A stretch of 64,000 nucleotides of DNA, taken from assembly GCA_040395455.1 (NCBI GenBank), contig JBEBQJ010000004.1, positions 9,678 through 73,677 on the forward strand, in the 5' to 3' direction. The position numbers and the translations under genes are program-made. Source of the DNA: Sphingobacterium yanglingense (GTDB lineage: Bacteria; Bacteroidota; Bacteroidia; Sphingobacteriales; Sphingobacteriaceae). Below, piece after piece: positions 39,051 to 47,928 of the stretch. The notes beneath the pieces were generated by a model. That model was given only the letters and a program-made list of their open reading frames with translations, was not told the DNA's origin and made no database searches. Each line of letters begins with the position of its first letter. Positions within the stretch are counted from its first letter, which is position 1.

Positions 39051-40610
39051 ATGGCAGTTAGAAAATTAATTCTTGTATCCATTATTCTTGTAAACTTAAT
39101 TATCATTTCTTTTGGAATTATTTTTACACCTAGTTGGTTTTGGCTTCTAATCATCCCAATTCCCCTACTAATCGTCGCAGTCTACCATAGTGTGCAAACC
39201 AGCCACGCCATACTGCGCAACTACCCTTTGGTCGGTTATTTCAGGTATATCTTTGAATCAATCCGTCCAGAATTAAGACAATATTTTTGGGAATCCGACA
39301 CTGATGGTCGTCCCTTCAACAGAAGACAGCGTTCCATCGTTTACCAAAGAGCTAAAAATCAGCGTGAAACTGTAGCCTTTGGTATGCAAACAGACCCTCA
39401 AACAATCGGCAATGAATGGATAGCCCACTCGATATTCCCGACACACATTGAAAATCATGATCTACGAACTGTAGTCGGAAATAGTGACTGTAAGCAACCC
39501 TACAGCTTAAGTATCTATAACATATCAGCAATGAGTTATGGGGCGCTGAGTAAAACAGCAATTACTGCGCTAAACAAAGGTGCTGCTCTACAAAATTTTG
39601 CACATAATACAGGTGAAGGAGGAATCAGCAACTACCATATCAATGGCGGTGACTTAATTTGGCAAATCGGTACAGGTTATTTTGGCTGTAGGGATGAACA
39701 TGGTTATTTCGATGCGGATTTATTTACGGAGAAAGCGAACAGACCATACGTCAAAATGATTGAGTTAAAAATCTCTCAGGGTGCTAAACCTGGTCACGGA
39801 GGTATATTACCAGCGGCTAAGAACACACCTGAAGTAGCAGCGATTCGTCATGTCGTCCCTGGAACAGATGTAATGTCACCTCCTGCGCACAGTGCTTTCT
39901 CGACTCCTTTGGAAATGATGCACTTCATTCAAAAACTGAGGGATTTATCAGGGGCTAAGCCAGTAGGCTTTAAAATATGTATCGGAGATAAGCAAGAGTT
40001 TATAGAGATATGTCATGCGATGCAAACCACGCAGATATTTCCAGACTTCATATCGGTCGATGGCTCTGAAGGAGGTACAGGTGCTGCCCCTCTAGAGTTT
40101 ACAGACAACTTGGGTATGCCTTTGTACGATGCGCTAACTTTTATAACGAAAACACTTATTAATTTCGGCTTAAAGAAGCATATTAAGATCATAGCCTCTA
40201 GCCGTATCGTTACAGGATTTGACTTACTAAAAGCTATTGCTCTAGGTGCAGATGCATGTTACAGCGCTAGAGGTATGATGTTTGCACTAGGCTGTATCCA
40301 AGCGTTGAAATGTAATGAAGACATCTGTCCTGTAGGAGTAGCAACTCAACGGCCTCACCTTTATAAAGGACTAGATGTTGAAGACAAATATGTACGTGTT
40401 GCTCAATTTCACCGAAATACGCTACGTGCAACAGTAGAAATCATGGAAGCCTGTGGATTCAAAACACTGGATGATGTTACAGCTGACAAGTTTTTCCGCA
40501 AGACAGACAACATAACCACGTTGAGCTTCCAAGACATTTATTTTAAAGATACGGGTCGACTAAATAAAAAGGAAAACTCCTTCGCGAAAGAAGAGTTTCT
40601 AAATCATTAG
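39051..40610 (+). CDS. FMN-binding glutamate synthase family protein with an N-terminal membrane anchor
   Basis: 519 aa. Two N-terminal TM helices are followed by a GltB-central-domain-like core (SQGAKPGHGGILP...MSPPAHSAF...DGSEGGTGAAP...CPVGVATQ). Confidence 0.85.
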   Translation: MAVRKLILVSIILVNLIIISFGIIFTPSWFWLLIIPIPLLIVAVYHSVQTSHAILRNYPLVGYFRYIFESIRPELRQYFWESDTDGRPFNRRQRSIVYQRAKNQRETVAFGMQTDPQTIGNEWIAHSIFPTHIENHDLRTVVGNSDCKQPYSLSIYNISAMSYGALSKTAITALNKGAALQNFAHNTGEGGISNYHINGGDLIWQIGTGYFGCRDEHGYFDADLFTEKANRPYVKMIELKISQGAKPGHGGILPAAKNTPEVAAIRHVVPGTDVMSPPAHSAFSTPLEMMHFIQKLRDLSGAKPVGFKICIGDKQEFIEICHAMQTTQIFPDFISVDGSEGGTGAAPLEFTDNLGMPLYDALTFITKTLINFGLKKHIKIIASSRIVTGFDLLKAIALGADACYSARGMMFALGCIQALKCNEDICPVGVATQRPHLYKGLDVEDKYVRVAQFHRNTLRATVEIMEACGFKTLDDVTADKFFRKTDNITTLSFQDIYFKDTGRLNKKENSFAKEEFLNH

Positions 40611-40621
40611 AATCGACACCT

Positions 40622-40677
40622 TGTTATCAATAAAAAAGCCCATACGATGTAGTATGGGTTTTTTTTTATTGATAACA
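40622..40677. terminator. Bidirectional terminator (56-nt inverted repeat)
   Basis: TGTTATCAATAAAAAAGCCCATAC-gatgta-GTATGGGTTTTTTTTTATTGATAACA has a GC core stem flanked by A and T runs. It lies between convergent genes. Confidence 0.85.
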
Positions 40678-40681
40678 GATA

Positions 40682-41122
40682 CTAACGGAGATTTTGAAAC
40701 ACTTTCTCCAAAATCTCTTGAGCTATCTTTAAGTTCGTTTCATCAACTCCTTCTAAAGATTCACGAATAGTAAGAGAGGCGCGCTGCATCCCAACTTCTT
40801 TAAGCTTCCTCCCTTCCTTCGTCAAATAAATCAGATTAGATCGTCTATCTTGTTTATCATTCACCCGTATAACCAATCCTAAGCGCTCCAAGTTATTAAT
40901 CAACCTTGTAATACTAGGTTTATCCCGAAAGGTAAAATTAGCCAACTCTTGCTGCGTAAGCCCTTCCTCCATCCATAGATAATAAAGGATACTCCATTGC
41001 TCGGCGGTGATATTCAATTTTACTTCCTTCAAATTACGTTGCAACCGTCTGGAAATTGCAGTAGATGCCTTGCCTGATAAAAAGGAAAAAAACTCCTCTG
41101 AAATTACTGTAGATTCATTCAT
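40682..41122 (-). CDS. MarR family transcriptional regulator
   Basis: 146 aa with a winged-helix pattern (LTQQELANFTFRDKPSITRLINNLERLGLVIRVNDKQDRRSNLIYLTKEG). Confidence 0.85.
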   Translation of the reverse strand: MNESTVISEEFFSFLSGKASTAISRRLQRNLKEVKLNITAEQWSILYYLWMEEGLTQQELANFTFRDKPSITRLINNLERLGLVIRVNDKQDRRSNLIYLTKEGRKLKEVGMQRASLTIRESLEGVDETNLKIAQEILEKVFQNLR

Positions 41123-41233
41123 TAGTTAGTTATAATTTTAGGTTGTCTATGCAATTAAGCAATTCCATATTCAATATCCAAATTTTATTTGAACATTATA
41201 ACTTTAACCGCAAAATTACCTATATTTATTCTT

Positions 41234-41629
41234 ATGGAAAATCTATTGGTTGTGTTGATATTTGTAGGCTCAATTGTTTACAAGATTTATTCAAATTACA
41301 AAGAAGAAATGGAGAAATCCGCCAAACGCGGACCTCAACGCCCTCCTATTGCAAAAACTCAGATTCCTAGCACCTCTGCCAGACCACATCAGCATAGTAG
41401 TACTCCGCCCCCAATTCCTCAGATGTTCAATCCTCAAAAGCAGCAAACGATTGTAACAAAAAGCAACACCGTACAAGATATACCAGAAGAAGTACAACGT
41501 GTAAAAGAATCGCGGAAGAAACATCCAAAAATAGAATCAGAAAAAGAGAAAATCGGCAACGAACCTATTGCTTTCGATTTACGCCAAGCGGTAATTCAGG
41601 CTGCTATCCTAGAGCGTCCTTATAAATAG
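41234..41629 (+). CDS. Hypothetical membrane-anchored Pro/Gln-rich protein
   Basis: It has one N-terminal TM helix (LLVVLIFVGSIVYKIY), a low-complexity P/Q/S-rich middle and a conserved-looking C-terminus (FDLRQAVIQAAILERPY). The start is taken at the ATG at 41234. Confidence 0.5.
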   Translation: MENLLVVLIFVGSIVYKIYSNYKEEMEKSAKRGPQRPPIAKTQIPSTSARPHQHSSTPPPIPQMFNPQKQQTIVTKSNTVQDIPEEVQRVKESRKKHPKIESEKEKIGNEPIAFDLRQAVIQAAILERPYK

Positions 41630-41638
41630 AGATAAGAA

Positions 41639-42415
41639 TTATAATATAGAAAAACGATCGCCATCTTTCAAAAACGGAAACCGATCGCGGGCATTTTCAA
41701 GATCTTTGGGATTGAGTGTAAAAGTATACAAGTCTTCATCTTCTGGTTTGTAATAGACCACATCGCCTAAGGGAGAAATACACATAGACCCTCCAGAGTA
41801 ATAGACCTCATTACCATCATGGCCTACTCTATTCACTCCTATTACAAATGCTTGGTTTTCGATAGCACGAGCTGGAATCAGCGCCCTCCAGTGTCCAGAC
41901 CGTTTATCTGGCCAGCTAGCTGTATAAACCAATAGATCATAGCCTTCTTCATGATTTCTAGACCACACTGGGAAACGTAAATCATAGCAAATCATTGGAC
42001 AGATTTTCCATCCTTTTAATTCTACCAAAACGCGGGAATCGCCTGCAGTAAATGCACTATCCTCCCCCCCTAGGGCAAATAGATGCCGCTTATCATAGTG
42101 CACGTAACTACCGTCTGGAGACATCCACACAAATCTATTAAAAAATCGTCCTTCCTCCTCGATAATAAGCGTACCTGCAACCACACAATCGAAAGAAACT
42201 GCCGTATCATACATCCAGCGCATAGTCGCCCCATCCATCCGCTCAGCACATTTCTCGACATTCATCGTAAAACCAGTATTAAACATTTCAGGCAATAAAA
42301 TCAAATCTGTCTTCTCTTTTAGAGAGGACAAACGCAATCTAAGATTTTGCAGATTTTTTTCCGCATTCTCCCAAAACAGGTAAGCTTGAAATATGGTGAT
42401 TTTTATCGGCTCCAT
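41639..42415 (-). CDS. Carbon-nitrogen hydrolase (nitrilase superfamily, omega-amidase YafV-like)
   Basis: 258 aa. LILLPEMFNTGF (catalytic Glu), KRHLF (Lys) and ICYDLRFP (Cys) make up the C-N hydrolase triad context. Confidence 0.75.
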   Translation of the reverse strand: MEPIKITIFQAYLFWENAEKNLQNLRLRLSSLKEKTDLILLPEMFNTGFTMNVEKCAERMDGATMRWMYDTAVSFDCVVAGTLIIEEEGRFFNRFVWMSPDGSYVHYDKRHLFALGGEDSAFTAGDSRVLVELKGWKICPMICYDLRFPVWSRNHEEGYDLLVYTASWPDKRSGHWRALIPARAIENQAFVIGVNRVGHDGNEVYYSGGSMCISPLGDVVYYKPEDEDLYTFTLNPKDLENARDRFPFLKDGDRFSIL

Positions 42416-42489
42416 GAATGTTTAAAACTCAGTTATTTATAATAAACAACCAATTTAGTGAAATTAGAAGTAAATTCCTAGGCAATTTA

Positions 42490-43482
42490 TTAACGTGCTC
42501 TATACATCAAACAATCGGCAAGGCTAAAAAGCTCTTCTTTTCGTCTATCTTCTACATCAATTTCCGCCAAACTAGCGTAAGCACGTTGAGTATAAGACTC
42601 TTTCAATGCATTTGCCTTTGCCAGTACATCATATTTTTGATATAAACCTTTCATCTTTGCCACCTTTTCAATGGCATCAGATGAAGACAACACCAAAATA
42701 GAGTTAAATAAACCAAAGTCTTCCTCGGAAAGCTCTTGTTTTAGTAGAATATGTAATATAGTCTTCTTATTCACAATGATATCTCCTCCAATTTGTTTGC
42801 CGAAAGTAGCCGGATCGCCAAAAGCATCTAAAATATCGTCTTGCAACTGAAATGCAATCCCCAGGTTTTCACCAAAATTATACAGTTTACTGCGCTGTTC
42901 GCCTGTTGCGCCGGCGATGATAGCCCCCATAGCTAATGCGCCACCTAGCAATACCGAAGTTTTCAAACGAATCATGTTGACATACTCCTCTTCGGAAACA
43001 TTCTCTCTAGCCTCGAAATCCATGTCCATCTGTTGTCCTTCACAAACTTCCAATGCAACTTTATTAAAAGTTATTAATAATGAGGGTACAAATTCTGCAG
43101 GACATTTAGCCAATTGTTCATAAGCTTTGATAAGCAAAGCATCTCCCGAAAGGATAGCGACATCGTCATTCCACTTTTGATGAACCGTCGCTTGACCTCG
43201 TCTCAAAGGCGCTTTATCCATAATATCATCATGGATAAGGGTAAAGTTGTGGAAATACTCGATAGCAACTGATGCAGGTACTACCTGCTCAATATCTGAA
43301 AGCCCGAACAAGTCCGCACCTAATATGACCAATTGAGGACGGATACGCTTACCGGCCAAAGAAAGGATGTATTTTATAGGTTGATATAGATTCGTAGGTC
43401 CTTCGGGAAACTCTACATTTCCGAGTGCCTCACTAATTTTATCTGAAAAATCTGCGTTGCCAAAAACACTTTTCGTAATCAT
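42490..43482 (-). CDS. Polyprenyl diphosphate synthase (trans-isoprenyl diphosphate synthase family)
   Basis: It has the first Asp-rich motif LIHDDIMD and the second FQLQDDILD. Confidence 0.9.
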   Translation of the reverse strand: MITKSVFGNADFSDKISEALGNVEFPEGPTNLYQPIKYILSLAGKRIRPQLVILGADLFGLSDIEQVVPASVAIEYFHNFTLIHDDIMDKAPLRRGQATVHQKWNDDVAILSGDALLIKAYEQLAKCPAEFVPSLLITFNKVALEVCEGQQMDMDFEARENVSEEEYVNMIRLKTSVLLGGALAMGAIIAGATGEQRSKLYNFGENLGIAFQLQDDILDAFGDPATFGKQIGGDIIVNKKTILHILLKQELSEEDFGLFNSILVLSSSDAIEKVAKMKGLYQKYDVLAKANALKESYTQRAYASLAEIDVEDRRKEELFSLADCLMYRAR

Positions 43483-43628
43483 ACGCTAAGATACATAATA
43501 ATCCGTTCTTAACGAGATAAACCGTAAAAACCACATCCAAATATGAGCGAGTTAATCCATACATAAGATTCAAAATAATCTTTCTATAATATTTATGTCC
43601 AATTCAGCCGAATACAGGAGGAAAATGA

Positions 43629-43636
43629 TAATTTTG
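43629..43636 (+). promoter_or_regulatory. Candidate -7 promoter box (TAATTTTG)
   Basis: Exact TAnnTTTG match 17 nt upstream of the ATG at 43653. Confidence 0.35.
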
Positions 43637-43652
43637 TACATATATTTCAATC

Positions 43653-44825
43653 ATGCGTATTCTCATAATCCATAATTTTTATCAGCATAAAGGCGGGGAA
43701 GATGTAGTTTTTACGCAAGAAGCTGCAATTCTAAAAGAAGAAAAATATCAAGTTGAAACATTATCTTTTCGCAACAAAAAAGGCTTAAAAGGGTTAATTC
43801 AATTTCTATTCTATCCTTGGAATATCTTTGCTGCACACACAGTAATGAAAAAGGTTACCGATTTTCAACCAGATGTAGTTCATATTCATAATACGCATTA
43901 CGCCATAGGCCCCTTAATATTCAGAAAGCTACACCAAAGAAAGATTCCTGTTATACTTACTTTGCACAACTTCCGGCTTCTTGACCCTTCAGCCAATCTT
44001 TTTCATAACAATGCGGTCTTCACAGATACCATCGATAAAGACTTCCCTTGGAAATCCGTCTGGAATAAGGTACTCGACAATTCATTGTTAAAGACCTTTT
44101 GGACAGCATTCACTGTTTATATCCACAAAAAGCTCAACACCTGGAGAAACATAGACCGAATTCTTACCTTCTCCGAATTTGGCAAGCAATTACTGTTACG
44201 CTCCACGCTTCAACTGCAAGCGCAGAACATTGCTATAAAACCAAATTTCGCGCTAGAGAGTTTTGACACAAACCATTCAGAGAAGAAAGATTACTTTGTT
44301 TATATCGGTCGCTTATCTGAAGAGAAAGGAATTGAATCTTTACTCGGGGCCTTTTCAAAATGCAGCTATACCCTTAAGATATTTGGCGATGGACCTCTAG
44401 CACAAAAAGTAATACATGCTGCTCAACTCCACCCGAATATACTATACGGTGGATTCCAGAATAAAGAAACATTGCATCACCATTTATCAGAAAGCCAAGC
44501 CCTCCTAGTTCCTTCAATCTGGTTCGAAGGAATGCCAATGACCGTGCTTGAAGCTTTTGCCTGTGGTACTCCGGTCATCGCAAGTAGGATTGGCATCCTA
44601 GAGGAGATGATATCTGACGGAAAAAATGGACTTCTCTTCGAACCTAACAATGAAAAAAGCATAATAGCCGCCATTCAATCCTGGCAGACCTTGTCCACTG
44701 AAGAGAAGAAAGTAATATCTGAGAATTGTAAAAAAGATTTTTCAGCAAATTATTCTTCTCAAAAAAACGTATCCTTATTGGAGCAGATATATCAAGAAGC
44801 AATCCAACAATCGAAAGAAAAATGA
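43653..44825 (+). CDS. Glycosyltransferase family 4 (GT-B)
   Basis: HNFYQHKGGEDVV at the N-terminus, with GRLSEEKG and PSIWFEGMPMTVLEAFACGTPVIAS (E-x7-E region). Confidence 0.85.
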   Translation: MRILIIHNFYQHKGGEDVVFTQEAAILKEEKYQVETLSFRNKKGLKGLIQFLFYPWNIFAAHTVMKKVTDFQPDVVHIHNTHYAIGPLIFRKLHQRKIPVILTLHNFRLLDPSANLFHNNAVFTDTIDKDFPWKSVWNKVLDNSLLKTFWTAFTVYIHKKLNTWRNIDRILTFSEFGKQLLLRSTLQLQAQNIAIKPNFALESFDTNHSEKKDYFVYIGRLSEEKGIESLLGAFSKCSYTLKIFGDGPLAQKVIHAAQLHPNILYGGFQNKETLHHHLSESQALLVPSIWFEGMPMTVLEAFACGTPVIASRIGILEEMISDGKNGLLFEPNNEKSIIAAIQSWQTLSTEEKKVISENCKKDFSANYSSQKNVSLLEQIYQEAIQQSKEK

Positions 44826-45151
44826 ATATTATAATCATGGACCCGCTAGGCTTAGCGCCCAAAATACAAGAAGCACTAGAAAGTGTATACGACCCTGAAT
44901 TAAAACCAGCAAATATCATGGATTTAGGATTAGTATATGAAATCATCACTAAGGAGGGAGGGATAGCTAAGGTCGTAATGACTTTAACAGCTCCTGGATG
45001 TCCTGTAGCTGGAGAAATAATGGACGAAGTACAACGTAAAGTTGCCGCAATCGATGGTGTAAACGAATCTTTGGTTGAGCTTACATTTGATCCTCCTTGG
45101 CATAGAGATATGATGACAGAAGAAGCTAAGCTAGAACTAGGCTTTCTTTAA
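44822..45151 (+). CDS. DUF59 / MIP18-family Fe-S cluster assembly protein (SufT/PaaD-like)
   Basis: 109 aa. VYDPELKPANIMDLGLVYEI...VMTLTAPGCPVAGEI. Confidence 0.8.
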   Translation: MNIIIMDPLGLAPKIQEALESVYDPELKPANIMDLGLVYEIITKEGGIAKVVMTLTAPGCPVAGEIMDEVQRKVAAIDGVNESLVELTFDPPWHRDMMTEEAKLELGFL

Positions 45152-46455
45152 TCTTTATTGGACGCGACACGAGCTTCCAATTCTGCCAACGTTTTCTTGG
45201 GCTTTGCAGTAGTTTCTTCTTTCCCAAATAGGGCATTCCATATCTTCCTAGATTCTTTGGTCAACAGCGGAGAAACGATTGACAAGATTAAGACATAAAC
45301 GACAACAAAAGACTGCAATATAGGTAAAAGGCCTCCAGCCTTTCCTATATTTGCCATAATGATAGAGAACTCTCCTCTAGCAGATAAAGTAAGACCAATA
45401 TCAAAGGAAGCACGAGGTTTCATTTTGGAAAAATGGGCTGCAAAATACCCCGAAGCAACATTGCATACCACCGTGACCACTGCGGCAATCGTAGCCCAAC
45501 CTATGGCCCCACCCAAGCTATAGATATCTATAGATAGGCCAAAACTGAAGAAAAACATCGCCCCGAAAAAGTCTTTATAGGGTAGTACCATTGCTTCAAT
45601 CTTTTTGATATACTTTGAATCAGCGAATACCAACCCGGCCATCAAAGCACCAATTGCTTCGGCCACATGAATAGTTTCCGAAAAACCGGCAATCACAAAG
45701 AGCAGACTGAATATGATAAGGATAAAGAGCTCAGAAGATTTTTCCTGAAGCAAACGGTCGATAAAGGGAATCAGCTTTCTCCCTAAAATCAAAAAAGCAA
45801 GAATAAAACACAATGCCAATAGCGAGGTCCCCAATACAGCCCATACCGAAGTACTACCAGTCAAAATCAATCCAGAAAGGAAAGATATGTGCATAGCTAT
45901 AAAAAGGTCATCAAACATAATCATACCCATGATAACCTCTGTCTCTGGATTAGCTGTACGTTTTAAATCGGTCAATACCTTTGCGACGATAGCAGTAGAC
46001 GAACTTGTCATCAATCCACTCAACACCATCACTTCTTTAAATGGCAAATCCATCAGCCATCCGATAAACAGGCCGGAAACAAAATTGAGTAACACGTATA
46101 AAGATCCGCCTGCTATGATAGACTTACCCGACTTTATCAACCGTCCTACAGAGAACTCAAGTCCTAAGTAAAACAGTAAGAATAAAACACCCAGCCTACC
46201 CATGAATTCGATAAAGGGCTTACTTTCCGAAAAGGTAAAAAATCCCCAAACTTTTTCCACGGCTGTTGTCAACGTCGGATTATTAGCTTGTTCTAAGAAA
46301 GACAACAGGAAATCGGGGTACTCTTTATTCCCTAAAAACATTCCTATAATAATAAAAAAGGGAATTACCGAAAAACGCAACCTATTGGCCAGTAAACCAA
46401 CCGAAGCAACGAGTAAAACAGCTATTCCAATTTCTAATATTATAATATGCGACAT
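45148..46455 (-). CDS. Cation:proton antiporter (CPA2, KhtU/Kef-like)
   Basis: 435-aa polytopic protein with a Na_H_exchanger-like pattern (LGLEFS, LSARGEFSIIMA). It is paired with a TrkA-C regulatory subunit upstream. Confidence 0.8.
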   Translation of the reverse strand: MSHIIILEIGIAVLLVASVGLLANRLRFSVIPFFIIIGMFLGNKEYPDFLLSFLEQANNPTLTTAVEKVWGFFTFSESKPFIEFMGRLGVLFLLFYLGLEFSVGRLIKSGKSIIAGGSLYVLLNFVSGLFIGWLMDLPFKEVMVLSGLMTSSSTAIVAKVLTDLKRTANPETEVIMGMIMFDDLFIAMHISFLSGLILTGSTSVWAVLGTSLLALCFILAFLILGRKLIPFIDRLLQEKSSELFILIIFSLLFVIAGFSETIHVAEAIGALMAGLVFADSKYIKKIEAMVLPYKDFFGAMFFFSFGLSIDIYSLGGAIGWATIAAVVTVVCNVASGYFAAHFSKMKPRASFDIGLTLSARGEFSIIMANIGKAGGLLPILQSFVVVYVLILSIVSPLLTKESRKIWNALFGKEETTAKPKKTLAELEARVASNKD

Positions 46456-46459
46456 AGAG

Positions 46460-46939
46460 CTATAACAGGATTTCCTTCAAAAGTTTTATATTTTTTGCTT
46501 TCCCCGCAATAACTAAGGTTACACCTGTCGTGATAACATATTCTGGGCCTGGGTTGATGATAGTTTCGTCTTCTCGGATAGCGGCAATAATCGAAGCACC
46601 AGTTTTTTGGCGCACTGCCAACTCCCCAATACTTCTATTGGCCCAATCATCAGATACGTCTATCTTATACCACTCAATGCGTAAATCGTCTAGCGCCACT
46701 TCAATAGTCTCTAGTGCCTTCGGCTTATAGGATAATCCTCCAAGAATGCCTGCTACCTGCCTAGACTCTTCATCAGAAAGTGTCATCACACATTGTGTAT
46801 CGTTGTCCTCATCGTCTCGACGATACAGTTCCCTTCGACCGTCGTCATGAATGACTACGACCATGTTATCTCCTGCTTCGGTCTCGATTTGGTATTTTTT
46901 ACCAATGCCAATAAGATCACTTTCTCTAACTACCGACAT
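46460..46939 (-). CDS. Antiporter regulatory subunit with a TrkA-C domain (KhtT-like)
   Basis: 159 aa. The N-terminal KhtT-like beta domain (RESDLIGIGKKYQIETEAGDNMVVVIHDDGRRELY) is followed by a TrkA-C-like domain. Confidence 0.7.
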   Translation of the reverse strand: MSVVRESDLIGIGKKYQIETEAGDNMVVVIHDDGRRELYRRDDEDNDTQCVMTLSDEESRQVAGILGGLSYKPKALETIEVALDDLRIEWYKIDVSDDWANRSIGELAVRQKTGASIIAAIREDETIINPGPEYVITTGVTLVIAGKAKNIKLLKEILL

Positions 46940-47023
46940 GATTACTTTTATTAGTTATAAAATAGACATTAACCAAACTTAGCTAAAATTACACGTATAT
47001 GCAACTGATAGATTTTCAAACAA

Positions 47024-47812
47024 CTAAACCTCTTTAGAAGCATCTATCAAGATATAAGCGCCATCTTCTTTTTGCTGAGGCCTACCGATTGCCATCGATT
47101 TTCCATGATAAAACATAAAAACCCAACCTTCGGGAGCCCCCTCTTGCCAATACTCTTTACGCTTATCACGGGCTGCACGTCCATCATAGTCATATTTAGC
47201 AATAAAGTTCTTAAACAATTCCTCTGGCTCGGGCAAAACGTCTCCGCCAAAGAAAAAATGTTCGCCGTTGGTTTCAATATGAAAAGCTTGATGAAACTCG
47301 GTATGTCCACCATTGATGGCATAACTGATCTCATTATTTACAGTACCCTCTCCTTCTACAAGAGTCAGATTGCCACTACGCTGCAATACATCAAATACCT
47401 CCGTACGATACGAAGCCGATTCAGAGCTATAAGCATTCTCCCATTCGCCCCGTTGTACAATATACTCTGCTTCGGAGAATGCGATACGTCCCACTCCATT
47501 TTTAAAATCCACCATACCACCCGCATGGTCTTTATGAAGATGTGACATCAATACATATTTGACATCGCTAGGTTCGAACCCCAGCTTACGAATATTAGCG
47601 TGAATCAACAATTCATCATCTGCTGTACGCGACCCTAATCCTGTGTCACACAGAATCAAACCACAGCTAGCAACAATCAGAAAAGGGTGAACATGAACGA
47701 ATAACGAGCCAGGTCGACTCTTCGGGTCGTCTTTCAATGGATCAAAAGGTATAAATTTTTTTGTTCCATCAACTGAAAAAGAACCTTCAAAAAGGGAATA
47801 TGCTTGTATCAT
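47024..47812 (-). CDS. MBL-fold metallo-hydrolase
   Basis: It has the HxHxDH-type motif (MSHLHKDHAGG) and downstream His residues. Confidence 0.8.
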   Translation of the reverse strand: MIQAYSLFEGSFSVDGTKKFIPFDPLKDDPKSRPGSLFVHVHPFLIVASCGLILCDTGLGSRTADDELLIHANIRKLGFEPSDVKYVLMSHLHKDHAGGMVDFKNGVGRIAFSEAEYIVQRGEWENAYSSESASYRTEVFDVLQRSGNLTLVEGEGTVNNEISYAINGGHTEFHQAFHIETNGEHFFFGGDVLPEPEELFKNFIAKYDYDGRAARDKRKEYWQEGAPEGWVFMFYHGKSMAIGRPQQKEDGAYILIDASKEV

Positions 47813-47928
47813 CTTTTATAATCTTGTAAATATGACAGTTAGGTTCGGCACTCATGAAATACCGCGACCAACATTAGGTAACGACACCTAGAAAATGTAT
47901 ATTTACATACAAAATATAGTGCAAAGAT

